A DNA stretch of 63,891 nucleotides, filler included, from Candidatus Zhuqueibacterota bacterium (GTDB taxonomy: Bacteria; BS750m-G25), in NCBI GenBank assembly GCA_016783505.1. It is 5 parts of 5 records of this genome, joined end to end, with 100 filler letters (N's around TTAATTAATTAA, not from the genome) between each part and the next. Parts side by side here need not be neighbours in the genome. Positions count along the whole stretch, not along the records: positions 26,488 to 57,649 come from JADHWK010000024.1; 4 more parts are not named here. One strand, 5' to 3'. The translations under genes were made by a program, and so were the position numbers. Positions 39,676 through 50,108 of the stretch are shown here, piece after piece. The notes under the pieces are model-generated. The model saw nothing but the letters and a program-made list of their open reading frames with translations, was not told the origin of the DNA and made no database searches. Every line of letters starts with the position of its first letter. Positions within the stretch are counted from its first letter, which is position 1.

Positions 39676-40163
39676 TCATCTTTCCGTGCTTTTAAGAAAT
39701 CCGACTATGCGATGGGTGATGACTTCCCAATCATATTCTCTCTGAACCAGTTCTCGGCCCCTGTCTCCCATCTCTTTCCTTAGCGAATCACTAGCGAGCA
39801 AAAAATTAACCGCTTCGGCAAGTTCCAAAGGTCTTTCAGGGGCAACTGCAATTCCAATTTTATGTTTTTTTATTATATCGCTAGAACATTTATATTACCA
39901 CCTAAGTTTAAGTACCAGCAGGACCCATAACTGATGATGAAATTCCTGACGTCCGGCAATATGGTCATCTCTCATTCTTCTAACTTCTGACACATTGTAA
40001 AACCCCCGCCCCTAGGCCACTTGACTTAATAGAACCTCCCCGATAAAGTCCCGAAGTCCATTCCGGAGCCATTCCTTCATTGGATAAAAAACCCTTGCTT
40101 TTCTTATAGCCAATTTTGTAGGGTAGATGTCTAGACATCAGTTTTTAAAAATATGCTTGGTCA
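39676..40163 (-). pseudogene. GT4 C-terminal remnant plus degenerate asnB 3' remnant
   Basis: EMGDRGRELVQREYDWEVIT at ~39676-39885; asnB-like RQEFHHQLWVLLVL segment at ~39903-40160. Confidence 0.7.
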
Positions 40164-40868
40164 TCAGTTGTTCTTTTTCAAGAGATAATTTCTACTGTCA
40201 GGACCACAATTAAATATTAAATCTATAATAGATAAATTTGGAATGAAATCGCCCCATAGTTGTGGATAAACGGGATGAATAAAATCGCTGTATAGTAATT
40301 CGATACCATTGTCGTTCAATAATTTTTCATCATTGTATTCTTTTCCTCCACCAGTACCTGATAGATATTTATTGGCATTTAACTTATTACAAATGTCAAT
40401 AATTAATCTGGTTTTTTGACCAAATTCTGATAAAATCTCTGATAAACGGATTGTTTCAACATCTATTCCAAGATCGTCTGCAAAAGCTTGAATTAAATTT
40501 ATATTTAATTCTATTAAGTTGTCCATACTTAGCAATTGCTTTTTGTAAATTTCAAATATTTCATTAAAAAATTTGGCTCTTTTGTAATTTAATTCTAATG
40601 TCCTCAGATGCTTTTGTTTCCAAATCTGATCTGAAAACTCAACATCGGTATATTTTACTTTCCCTTCATAGCCTTTAGGAATATTAACCGGAATTGTTAA
40701 AAAAATCGGTCCGTTTGATGTTTTTATTTTATTTCTTGAGGCAAAACTTTGACCTCTTGGATATTGCACAATATCCAAGAATACAAAAACATCACATTTT
40801 GCCATTTTATAAAAATAGCCTAACCATGGTATATAATTAGGTTGATGAATTGCCACTTTTTTATTCAT
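40164..40868 (-). CDS. WbqC-family protein (second copy, AT-rich)
   Basis: HQPNYIPWLGYFYK, RNKIKT, LSIIDLIFN.G. Confidence 0.9.
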   Translation of the reverse strand: MNKKVAIHQPNYIPWLGYFYKMAKCDVFVFLDIVQYPRGQSFASRNKIKTSNGPIFLTIPVNIPKGYEGKVKYTDVEFSDQIWKQKHLRTLELNYKRAKFFNEIFEIYKKQLLSMDNLIELNINLIQAFADDLGIDVETIRLSEILSEFGQKTRLIIDICNKLNANKYLSGTGGGKEYNDEKLLNDNGIELLYSDFIHPVYPQLWGDFIPNLSIIDLIFNCGPDSRNYLLKKNN

Positions 40869-40946
40869 ATTATTGCCCTTTTATTCATTAACTGAATAAA
40901 AAATCAACCAATTTTTTATATCTCAAATATTATAATATTTCGATAT

Positions 40947-41495
40947 TTATTGATGGTTTAAATCCCTTCTAAATATTGAATAAATATATACATCTATGAA
41001 TTTCCCCTGTGAGTAAATCACCTCTTTATTAGTGCTTTCGTGCTGAAAACCTACCGACTCAAATAATTTTATTGCAGGAATATTAAAATCATAAATTGAT
41101 GCATAAATTTTATGAAGATTAAGTTCAAAAAATGCGAATGTAAGTAATAAATTTAATGCTTCTTTTGCATAACCTTTTCCTTGATATTTCGGAATAACAT
41201 AAACTCCGATTTCAGAGTTTTGATTTTTGTAATCAATATTAAATAATGAAACCATTCCAACATGTTCTCTATTTTTTGTTGAAATTATAAGTTTTCGTTT
41301 AGTTTTATCTTTACAAATTTTCTCATACCAGATCATCTGTTCATATTCACTAACTGGGAATCTGGCCCCATTAGGAATATTGATCTGTTCATCATTTATC
41401 CATTTTGCAACCATTTCAATATGGTGCTTTTCAAAAGCAATTAAATCGAGATTCTTTCCTTGAAAATAACTTCTAAATTTGATAGAGTAATTCAT
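40947..41495 (-). CDS. GNAT acetyltransferase (RimJ/RimL-like)
   Basis: YQGKGYAKEA, N.PAIKLFE..GF. Confidence 0.85.
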   Translation of the reverse strand: MNYSIKFRSYFQGKNLDLIAFEKHHIEMVAKWINDEQINIPNGARFPVSEYEQMIWYEKICKDKTKRKLIISTKNREHVGMVSLFNIDYKNQNSEIGVYVIPKYQGKGYAKEALNLLLTFAFFELNLHKIYASIYDFNIPAIKLFESVGFQHESTNKEVIYSQGKFIDVYIYSIFRRDLNHQ

Positions 41496-41518
41496 TGTTC
41501 TCTCCTAAAGATTTTTTA

Positions 41519-42151
41519 TTAAAATATAATTCTTATCATCTCAAAAGCTTCAGCATAAATTTCTGCAATTTGCGCACCCCTAACTCTTGCTAGTCCGAAG
41601 ATAAAATTTATATCGCAATATGTCCTCCATTTCTGCGTTTCATAAAAATCTAAGGATTCCCATTTTTTTTGTATGTGCTTTTCTTCCAACTTAAAAAAAG
41701 ACGTAGTAGAAAATTCTGTATTATCCCAAGGAAGATCATATCCAAGACATGAGCGATGCTTAAATGCTCTAATTCCTTCGTTAAAAATTGTTTTATGATC
41801 TTGATGGAGTGAACGAGAAAATGGCATAAAGATTAAATCCGGAGAAATTTCTTTTCTAATTTTTATTAAAGACTCTAAAATTTCTTGTCTAGAATAATTA
41901 AATTTTCTAACTGGGTAATTTTTCAATATTAAATTTTTCGGACTAATTCCCAAATGTTTAGTTGCTTTTTTTACTTCAATTTCTAGAGCATTTTTTGGAA
42001 ATCCTTCGGGAACAGATTCTTCACAAATTGAGAATGCCATGTAATAAATTTTTTTTCCTTCTTCCAATAATCTAGATAAAGTACCTCCACAACCCAATTC
42101 GCCATCATCTGCATGTGGTGAAAGTACCAAAACTCTCTCTATATTTTTCAT
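41519..42151 (-). CDS. PIG-L/LmbE-family deacetylase (second copy)
   Basis: SPHADDGELG, HQDH, AEAFE. Confidence 0.9.
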   Translation of the reverse strand: MKNIERVLVLSPHADDGELGCGGTLSRLLEEGKKIYYMAFSICEESVPEGFPKNALEIEVKKATKHLGISPKNLILKNYPVRKFNYSRQEILESLIKIRKEISPDLIFMPFSRSLHQDHKTIFNEGIRAFKHRSCLGYDLPWDNTEFSTTSFFKLEEKHIQKKWESLDFYETQKWRTYCDINFIFGLARVRGAQIAEIYAEAFEMIRIIF

Positions 42152-42153
42152 CT

Positions 42154-43221
42154 TTATAACTCCTTAATTAAAATTTTTACAATTTTTTCTGATGCTTTTC
42201 CATCACCCAAACAATTCGAATGAAAATCAGGAATTTTAAAATTTCTGATTCTATTTAATATTCTTTCTCTATTCGGGCCAGCAATATAACTCCAACCTTC
42301 ACTAACAGTCTCAACCCATTCCGTTTGCATGTCCAAAATAATAGTTGGAGTTTTATAAAAATACGCTTCTTTTATCACGCCTCCTGAATCTGTTAAAACC
42401 ATTTTTGCATGTTTAATTAATGTCTGTGTTTCAAAATAACCGGTTGGACTTGTTACGATTAAATTACCTATATTGAGAATTTTTTCAAGACCATTTTGTT
42501 TTATTGCTTTAGAAGTTCTTGGATGTAGTGGAAAAATAATTTGCCCATCTATATCTTTTAATACAGATAAAATTTGCTTTAGATGTTCAATATTATTGGT
42601 ATTAGATGCTCTATGGCAAGTCATAAAATAATAATCCTTTTCTTCTAAATTATATTTCTTCAATACCGATTTATTTTCTTCTATTCTTTTCAGGTTATTA
42701 TAAATTATGTCTAGAGTAACATCACCTACTTTAAAGACATTTTTTTCTATGCCCATATTTTTTAAATTACTGACTGCGGTCTCCGTTGGACAAAAGTAAA
42801 AATCAGAGAGTATATCAGTAATAAGTTTATTAATCTCCTCAGGAATATTTTTTTTAAACTCCCTTAATCCTGCCTCAATATGTGCCAGTGGTATATTGCT
42901 CTTTGCTGCAACGATCGAAGCAGCAGCCGTCGAATTCGCATCTCCATAGACAATTATAAGATCAGGTTTTTTATCTAAAATTATTTCTTCAAGTTTAATC
43001 ATCATCATTCCGATTTGCCAGCATTGAAGACCCGAACCAATTCCCAAGTTATAATCAGGTTGGGATATTTTCAGTTCATTGAAAAATGATTTTGACATTT
43101 CATAATCATAATGCTGTCCAGTATGAATCAATATTTCGTGAAAATGCTCCCGAATTTCTTTTGAAACAGCAGCACATTTAATAAATTGAGGTCTGGCTCC
43201 AACGATTGAAGCTACGATCAT
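42154..43221 (-). CDS. wecB: UDP-GlcNAc 2-epimerase (non-hydrolysing)
   Basis: GARPQFIK, HTGQHYD, HIEAGLR, PEEIN, TDSGG. Confidence 0.92.
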   Translation of the reverse strand: MIVASIVGARPQFIKCAAVSKEIREHFHEILIHTGQHYDYEMSKSFFNELKISQPDYNLGIGSGLQCWQIGMMMIKLEEIILDKKPDLIIVYGDANSTAAASIVAAKSNIPLAHIEAGLREFKKNIPEEINKLITDILSDFYFCPTETAVSNLKNMGIEKNVFKVGDVTLDIIYNNLKRIEENKSVLKKYNLEEKDYYFMTCHRASNTNNIEHLKQILSVLKDIDGQIIFPLHPRTSKAIKQNGLEKILNIGNLIVTSPTGYFETQTLIKHAKMVLTDSGGVIKEAYFYKTPTIILDMQTEWVETVSEGWSYIAGPNRERILNRIRNFKIPDFHSNCLGDGKASEKIVKILIKEL

Positions 43222-43279
43222 AGGAATATTACCTCACTTTCTTCGATTTATTGAAAACATGGTGGATATAAAGTTACTA

Positions 43280-43927
43280 TTACTTGCACATGATGCTAAC
43301 GTTATCAAGCCAGACGGCGAATACCAATAAAGTCCAGATTTGATATTGAAAGTCCCTCTTTTTATCAAAATGTGAGATTAGCATCTCTTGAATATAATCC
43401 TTATTAAAATAATCATTCAACCTGCTTGAATTTAGTAGTACGTCCCAGCAAAAATGCTTTAACTCTTTTTCAAACCGTTCTTTAATGGATAGACGGAAGC
43501 CCTGTTTTGGTTTTCTAAGGAGTAGCGAGCGCTCATTTGAATCCCAGATGGCGAAGGCAAACATTCCATTCAGGTGCTTAAAGCATTCCAACCCTTCTTC
43601 TTCGTATAAATGAAGAATGGATTCCGTGTCCGTTCGCGTCTTGAAATGATGGCCTTTTCGAATAAGGAAATCTCGAATTTCTTTGAAATTATACAATTCA
43701 CCATTGTAAACAATATGGACAGCATCGTTTTCATTGGATATGGGCTGATGTCCACCGGCCACGTCAATGATGGCGAGTCGCCGCATGCCCAACCCCACAT
43801 TTCGGTTAATAAAAAGCCCCTCATCGTCCGGACCGCGATGGGTTAAGGTTTGGCTCATCCCCCTTAACATCTCCGACCCGACCGATCTTCCCCGATCAAG
43901 ATAAATTACACCGCAGATGCCGCACAT
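43280..43927 (-). pseudogene. asnB paralogue with large in-frame internal deletion
   Basis: N-terminus near-identical to 39672 asnB, fused at SLLL|RKPKQGF directly to the C-terminal segment. Confidence 0.85.
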
Positions 43928-44094
43928 GTCCTTTTTTCCAATATTTCTATCAAGTAAAATACCGTTTTATGCCAAGAGAATCGCTCTAAAACCAGCTACT
44001 GATCTTTCATTCCGTAATTATTCCGCAAATCAGGGATCTTCTAAGGACAATGCATCCCTTGCTGTACTGATGGGTAATTAGCTTGATTTTAATA

Positions 44095-45300
44095 TCATGA
44101 ATCTATAATGGCTTGAATCTGGTGATGATCTTTAATAATCTCTTTAATAAAATCAGTGGTCTTTTGGGCAACACTAAGCCATGAGTGATTTCGCTCCACC
44201 AACAATCTTCCAGATCTACCGTACCTCCCTCTTCGTTCTGGGTCTTCAAGCAGTGTATGAATAACTTCTGCAAGCTGTTGGGGATTTTCAGGGGAAACTA
44301 TGCAACCGCAAGTTCCCTCCGAACCTTCTATTAAAATATCCCTGATGCCAGTCATATCAGTTCCTATTACTGGAACACCGCAGGCTAAATATTCAAAAAG
44401 TTTTATAGGATAAACACCTCCATCAATGTAAGCCGATTTCCCATAAATCACGACAGCGATATCCATTGCGGAGATCGCTGTAGGAACAAGTTGATATGAG
44501 ATTTGCCCTTGAAAAAGCACAATCTCTTCCAATCCTAATGTGCGGACCATTTCTTCCCAAATTGAACGTTCTGGTCCCTTGCCAATAATTCGTATTTGCA
44601 GTAAGGGAAATTCTTCTTTGATTAAAACCGCTGCTTCTATCAAAGTTGGAATGTTATGATAAAAAGAACAACTGCCTACATAACCTAAAATATATTTTTC
44701 ATTTGACCAGTTTAATAAGTTTCGTGCTTCATGTTTTGGAATAGGTTTGAAATGGTGAATATCAGTGCCATTAGATATTAATCTAATTTTTTCTTCAGGA
44801 AATCCATAGAAATGGACCTCCTCCTTAATTCCTGGCGATACTGCTATCACGCCATTAGTTTTTCGAAAAACAAAATGTCTAATTAAAGAAGAAATTGTTC
44901 GTTTTATCCATCGGGTTTGTGTTAATAGGGATTCCTCATTTACCAATGCATTTACTTCTATGACTAACGGAACTCGAAACAAAAAGGATAAGACAGCTGG
45001 AAATGGATTGTATAACATTTCGCGAATGTAAAGCACATCATCTTTGATTTCTCGCCATTTTTTCATTATGAACCGGAAGGATTTCCAGTAATACCAGATC
45101 CAACCATATCGTGGCAGATCCGGGGAGGAAATTTCAAAAATCTCTAAGTTATTTGACTTCGTAAGCTCTGGTGATGAATAAGGGATTACAAGGGTTACAT
45201 GATGCCCAATTTCTGCAAAGTTACGTACAATCTCTATTACGTGCCGCGTGCCACCACGAATACGGCGTAAATCTTCATAGCATAAATATAGAATGTGCAT
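44095..45300 (-). CDS. GT4 glycosyltransferase
   Basis: PIKLFEYLACG.PVI. Confidence 0.88.
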   Translation of the reverse strand: MHILYLCYEDLRRIRGGTRHVIEIVRNFAEIGHHVTLVIPYSSPELTKSNNLEIFEISSPDLPRYGWIWYYWKSFRFIMKKWREIKDDVLYIREMLYNPFPAVLSFLFRVPLVIEVNALVNEESLLTQTRWIKRTISSLIRHFVFRKTNGVIAVSPGIKEEVHFYGFPEEKIRLISNGTDIHHFKPIPKHEARNLLNWSNEKYILGYVGSCSFYHNIPTLIEAAVLIKEEFPLLQIRIIGKGPERSIWEEMVRTLGLEEIVLFQGQISYQLVPTAISAMDIAVVIYGKSAYIDGGVYPIKLFEYLACGVPVIGTDMTGIRDILIEGSEGTCGCIVSPENPQQLAEVIHTLLEDPERRGRYGRSGRLLVERNHSWLSVAQKTTDFIKEIIKDHHQIQAIIDS

Positions 45301-45308
45301 TACAGCGC

Positions 45309-46394
45309 TTAATACTTTCTTAATACGTTCTTGTATATCTCTTCCATCAATCCGAGATTATCGTCCCGGTTCCACCTTCTCTGAATTGTTTTGATGTTCT
45401 CGAGAATATCCGATCTCCAGCTGTCAGGTTTCTCAAGTGCGGTGCATATGTTTTCTGCCAACCTTTCGGCATTACCAACGGGGAACAACAATCCGTTTTT
45501 TCCATTTTCAATCAATAACCTGTTAGCAGGGATATCAGTAACAATAGGGAAAAGCCCACAGGCCATCGCCTCCAGCAATGATACGGATAAACCATCCGAA
45601 GGGGAAGTGGAAACATAGACGTCGGCTTTTCGCAAAACATCCGGAATATGGTCATGAGAAATATTCCCCAAAAATTCCACCTGGTTCTCCAGGCCGAGAT
45701 TTTTTATTTTTTCGATAAACTTTTTTCTTAGTTCTCCATCACCGACTATGACGAATTTTACATCAGGTATTCTTTTTATGACTAGTGAAATGGCATCAAT
45801 CAAAACGTCTGCTCTGTACTTCGGAATCAGATAGCGGGTGCTGACGACGGTCTTCCCTAAATTTCGCTTAACCCTCTCGAGCGGAAAGAACTTTTTAATA
45901 TCAATCCCGTATTGGAAAGTACAGACCTCTTTTGTCCTCAATCCGGTTGATTGAAGAACTTTGGTTAGATAATGAGAAGCAGATGTAATTATATCAGCCC
46001 TGGTTACAGCGATTTTTACAAAAATCTGTGAAATCCAATCCTTATTATAATCCACCAGTAAATCAGATCCATGTAGCGTTAGGATATAAGGGTGAAAATG
46101 GCTTAAAGCCGCAAGCACACCGTAATTGGTGGCATAATGGGCATGCAAGATATCGGGCTTGATCTTCGATAAGTGTTTTTTTATTCGACGGACTTTTTCG
46201 GCGATTTGAATAGTAGCTGATAAAAATGGGATATTGGGTTTTACCAGACATTCGCCAACATTGATAGTTGTCACGTGATCTATCGGATTCTCGGTATCCG
46301 TAATTAAATAGATATCGTGACCTTTTTGGGAAAAAAATTGTAGCCAGTTAATAGTATGGACGGACGTAGCGTCAGCAAGATAACAGATTTTCAT
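45309..46394 (-). CDS. GT4 glycosyltransferase
   Basis: HAHY, HGSD, DGLSVSLLEAMACG. Confidence 0.9.
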   Translation of the reverse strand: MKICYLADATSVHTINWLQFFSQKGHDIYLITDTENPIDHVTTINVGECLVKPNIPFLSATIQIAEKVRRIKKHLSKIKPDILHAHYATNYGVLAALSHFHPYILTLHGSDLLVDYNKDWISQIFVKIAVTRADIITSASHYLTKVLQSTGLRTKEVCTFQYGIDIKKFFPLERVKRNLGKTVVSTRYLIPKYRADVLIDAISLVIKRIPDVKFVIVGDGELRKKFIEKIKNLGLENQVEFLGNISHDHIPDVLRKADVYVSTSPSDGLSVSLLEAMACGLFPIVTDIPANRLLIENGKNGLLFPVGNAERLAENICTALEKPDSWRSDILENIKTIQRRWNRDDNLGLMEEIYKNVLRKY

Positions 46395-47641
46395 ATCAGT
46401 GAATCAAAAATATCTGCAAGCTGTTTGGTCAAATTTCTTCTGTGAAATTGATTGATAAAATTGATATTTGGCTCGGGGTGAAGTCGATTGGCTTTCCAAA
46501 GATGATAGAGGTATAAAATCTGATCTCTTATTGATTCAACATCATCAGGTCTGGCAAAGAATCCTAACCCGGATTTTTTCAAAATCAATTTTGCTTCTCC
46601 ATCAGGAACTATTGCCAGAATCGGCTTTAGAGTAGATAAATAGTGAAAGATTTTGGCAGGTAATGCATTCTTCCCAACATCCTGGATAATCAATAGAAAA
46701 ACGGTGCTTTGTCTATAAATCGACTGCAATTCTTCGAAATGTATAAACTGCATGTGTTTAACGAATATATCGATTCCTAATTTCTTCGCTTTATTAAGGA
46801 TATCATAATCGCTTTTTCCACAGAAATTTGCCGCAATGGAGTCCGAAATATTCACATGATGGAGGTTTATCCAGGCAAGGGCTTTCAGGAATGCATCGGG
46901 ATTCCTCTTCCCATAAAACGAACCAGTATAGGATATGGTGAACTTCTTACTGCTGATGAAATCCGGGTTATTCTCCTCTTCTAAGGTTTGGGAGTCGAAT
47001 CCATTATAGATTAATGCTAATTTGCGATCTTTTAAATGGAACTTGTTTTTTATCTCATTTTTATTCCCAGCTGTTACTGAAATAACCTTATCGGCATAAG
47101 AGTTTAACTGGGTCTCCATGCGTGATTCTCTATTGACTCGGAATAACTTGGTATGTGAGTATAGAGGATTGATAGTCCACAGGTCTCGATAGTCGGCAAC
47201 CCATGGTAGGTTAAATAATTTCTTTAAATAGTATGCAATAATATGCGTACAAGGAGTTGGAGAGGTTGAAAATATCAGATCGTATTTTTCTTTTTTTAGT
47301 TCCTTTTTTGATTGAAGATATGCGATGGGCAACCAGCCGATTTTTTCATCGGGGATAAACAATTTATCTTTAATTAATTGATAAAGAGAGGTTAATCCAA
47401 ATTTAGATAGGACAATTTGAAGGTAAAATGGATCTAATTCCCCGGCACGGATAATTTTTACCCTATTGGGGACCTCATCTAAAAGCGTTTCATCATAAGC
47501 CCAATAGTTTTTCGTGTTGGTGGTTATGACGGTTGGCAGCCAGCCAAACTCCGGTAAATACTTGACAAATTTGAGAGAACGGAATGTGCCACCACCGGCT
47601 AATGGAGGGAAATGATAAGCGATCATTAAAACTTTCTTCAT
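46391..47641 (-). CDS. GT4-like glycosyltransferase
   Basis: AYHFPP..GGG..R..KFVKYL, DYRDLW, PAKIFHY. Confidence 0.85.
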   Translation of the reverse strand: MKKVLMIAYHFPPLAGGGTFRSLKFVKYLPEFGWLPTVITTNTKNYWAYDETLLDEVPNRVKIIRAGELDPFYLQIVLSKFGLTSLYQLIKDKLFIPDEKIGWLPIAYLQSKKELKKEKYDLIFSTSPTPCTHIIAYYLKKLFNLPWVADYRDLWTINPLYSHTKLFRVNRESRMETQLNSYADKVISVTAGNKNEIKNKFHLKDRKLALIYNGFDSQTLEEENNPDFISSKKFTISYTGSFYGKRNPDAFLKALAWINLHHVNISDSIAANFCGKSDYDILNKAKKLGIDIFVKHMQFIHFEELQSIYRQSTVFLLIIQDVGKNALPAKIFHYLSTLKPILAIVPDGEAKLILKKSGLGFFARPDDVESIRDQILYLYHLWKANRLHPEPNINFINQFHRRNLTKQLADIFDSLI

Positions 47642-47648
47642 GCGATTT

Positions 47649-48563
47649 TTACTTTTTTACCTTAATAAAAGCAATATTATGATCGGGGGTTACCTGAAGA
47701 ATTGAATCAGCTGAGAATTTTTTTATAATATTAAGTAAACTATCCAATCTTATCTGATTCATATGGGTATAACGATCCCTAATCTTTGATATTGGTCTCG
47801 AATAGATTAAACAGTAATAAGCAGATTTTAATATTCCTAAAGGTCCTCGATTAATTAATTCTATTAAATTTTTGGATAGTGGAGCCAAATCGCTTTGACT
47901 AATCAATTTTTGTTCTTTCTCATTTGACTCAACATGGGTCTGTATATAAATAAATCCACCTTTTCTAAGTACTCTGAAGCTTTCTTTTATTACTTCATCT
48001 ACGGATACAACATGATCCAATATGGCGGTCATTATTATTGAATCAAAAGAAGAATTCCTAAAAGGAAGGTACTCACCAATAGCTTGATAGAAAGGGAAGT
48101 CTGGATTATCAATTGTAATTATTGGATCTATTCCAACATAATTTCCTTGACAATGTTCCTTATTCCAGCCCCCTCCACAACCTATTTCTAAAATATCTCC
48201 CTCAATGCAATTACAAAATTTGAAAAAATTAGTCTTTAGCCTATCGTATTCTATCTGATTTCGCAATATTTCTGGGTTACCTTTTTCCTTCTTTTTATAT
48301 CTTTTTTTCCTCCATCTTTCAAAATTCCTAAGTTTTTTAAACCACTTTTTCCACAATTTAAGGTCCTCACGATTAATCAAGGATAGGATGGGGGGAATCA
48401 TATTGGGGATACCATTTTCTATTTTAAAAAAGACATTACATGAAGTACAAATAATTTCGCCTTCATGAATGGCTTTATTAACAAATGATAATATATCGAT
48501 CTTTAACTCCGAACTTTTACAAATTGGACAGACCAGAATGTCCAGGTCGTTTCTTTTTACCAA
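47649..48563 (-). CDS. Trm112-like zinc domain fused to class I methyltransferase
   Basis: LVCPICK...CTSC..F.IENGIP; LEIGCGGG, LPF..SSFD. Confidence 0.82.
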   Translation of the reverse strand: MVKRNDLDILVCPICKSSELKIDILSFVNKAIHEGEIICTSCNVFFKIENGIPNMIPPILSLINREDLKLWKKWFKKLRNFERWRKKRYKKKEKGNPEILRNQIEYDRLKTNFFKFCNCIEGDILEIGCGGGWNKEHCQGNYVGIDPIITIDNPDFPFYQAIGEYLPFRNSSFDSIIMTAILDHVVSVDEVIKESFRVLRKGGFIYIQTHVESNEKEQKLISQSDLAPLSKNLIELINRGPLGILKSAYYCLIYSRPISKIRDRYTHMNQIRLDSLLNIIKKFSADSILQVTPDHNIAFIKVKK

Positions 48564-48591
48564 AATTTAGCCTATTTTACAAAATTTTTAT

Positions 48592-48620
48592 TTGCTTAAT
48601 TAAATTAAAAATGCTATATT
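48592..48620 (+). promoter_or_regulatory. Sigma70-type promoter for the flippase
   Basis: TTGCTT-17 bp-TATATT with extended TG. Confidence 0.5.
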
Positions 48621-48642
48621 AATTTGCCAAAAGTTAAACATA

Positions 48643-50088
48643 TTGAGCAACATGGAACTAAAAACAAAGACTTTAACCGCCGCTTTCTGGGTGGGGCTAA
48701 CTTCGGCATTCTCAAAAATCGTGAGTTTTGCGACTACCCTCATTTTAGCCAGACTGCTCACCCCCAATGACTTTGGTTTGATCGCTTATGGTTTTTTGAT
48801 TATTGGGTCAATCGGGATTTTTCGCGAGATGGGACTAAACAGGGCTTTAATCTATCAGAAACGAGACATCGCTACCGCCGCCAATACCGCTTTCTTTCTC
48901 ATCCTGGCCTGGAGTGTGGTCTTATACTTCCTCGCTTTCTTTTCCTCGCCCTATTTAGCCCTGTTCTTTAACGAATCCAATTTAAATCTGTTGATCAAAA
49001 TTATGGCCCTGTCTTTGGTTTTAACCTCCCTTACCGATGTCCCCTTTTCACTTTTGGAGAAAGAAATCCGGTTCAAGCAGAGGGTAATTCCGGAATCTAT
49101 TCAACTCACAACCTATGGAATCGTATCTACCATAGCCGCATTTAAAGGATGCGGTTATTGGTCATTCGTCATCGGGCAGCTTTCGGCCGATGTCCTGCAA
49201 CTGGGTGCGGTATGGTTCGTATCTGAATGGCGGCCCAGATTGGCTTTTAGCAGAAAGATGGCGGTCGAACTTTTTGGCTTCGGAAAAAACATTATGGGAC
49301 TGGGTGTAGTCTTCTTTGCCATCCGAAACATTGACGATGCCTTTGTGGGCAAACTCTTGGGAACCGCCACCCTGGGAATCTACAACTTCGCCTATCGCAT
49401 CGCCAATATTCCCGCCACCCATATCACCAATGTTATCGGTAGAATAATGTTCCCGGTTTATTCTAAAATTTCCAATTATACTTTTGACCTCAGAAATGCG
49501 TTTTTAAAAACCCTGAGGGTCACCTCATTAGTGAGCATCCCGGTGGCGTTTCTGATCGTTCTGGTCACTCCGGATTTCATAAATCTTTATTTTGAAAAAT
49601 GGCGGGCTGCTATCCTTCCCATTCAGTTACTCGCTATTTACGGTCTCATTCGATCGCTTGGCTCGGGCATGGGTGGGGTATTTTTAGCAAAAGGGAAGCC
49701 GGAGATTATGTTGAAAATATCCGCCGTTCAATTGATCATTCTCGGAATATTTCTTTATCCAGTTACAAAGCTGAGCGGCGTCACCGGGGTCTGTGCCTTA
49801 GTTATTATCTCAATTTTTTATTCTTTTATAATGAATTATAGAAAACTGAAGAACTTAATAGGTTTCGCCCATAACCAGATCTTCCAGATATTATTTCCTA
49901 TCTTAATCTTCTCCTCCGTTTCGTATATAATCCCATTAATCGTTTGTGGATTGTTGCGGACAGAAACAACCCTTTCTATCTTTGTTCTAAAATTACTTTT
50001 AATGTTGACAATCTATTTTACATTAATTCTTATATTTTTTAAAGATATCAGAAACGTGATCTGGGACAAGTTAAAATTTCTCAGCTAA
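48643..50088 (+). CDS. Polysaccharide flippase (Wzx/WzxC-like)
   Basis: LARLLTPNDFGL, GTATLGIYNFAYR, many TM helices. Confidence 0.9.
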   Translation: MSNMELKTKTLTAAFWVGLTSAFSKIVSFATTLILARLLTPNDFGLIAYGFLIIGSIGIFREMGLNRALIYQKRDIATAANTAFFLILAWSVVLYFLAFFSSPYLALFFNESNLNLLIKIMALSLVLTSLTDVPFSLLEKEIRFKQRVIPESIQLTTYGIVSTIAAFKGCGYWSFVIGQLSADVLQLGAVWFVSEWRPRLAFSRKMAVELFGFGKNIMGLGVVFFAIRNIDDAFVGKLLGTATLGIYNFAYRIANIPATHITNVIGRIMFPVYSKISNYTFDLRNAFLKTLRVTSLVSIPVAFLIVLVTPDFINLYFEKWRAAILPIQLLAIYGLIRSLGSGMGGVFLAKGKPEIMLKISAVQLIILGIFLYPVTKLSGVTGVCALVIISIFYSFIMNYRKLKNLIGFAHNQIFQILFPILIFSSVSYIIPLIVCGLLRTETTLSIFVLKLLLMLTIYFTLILIFFKDIRNVIWDKLKFLS

Positions 50089-50108
50089 AGATCCCCATCC
50101 AGCTATCC

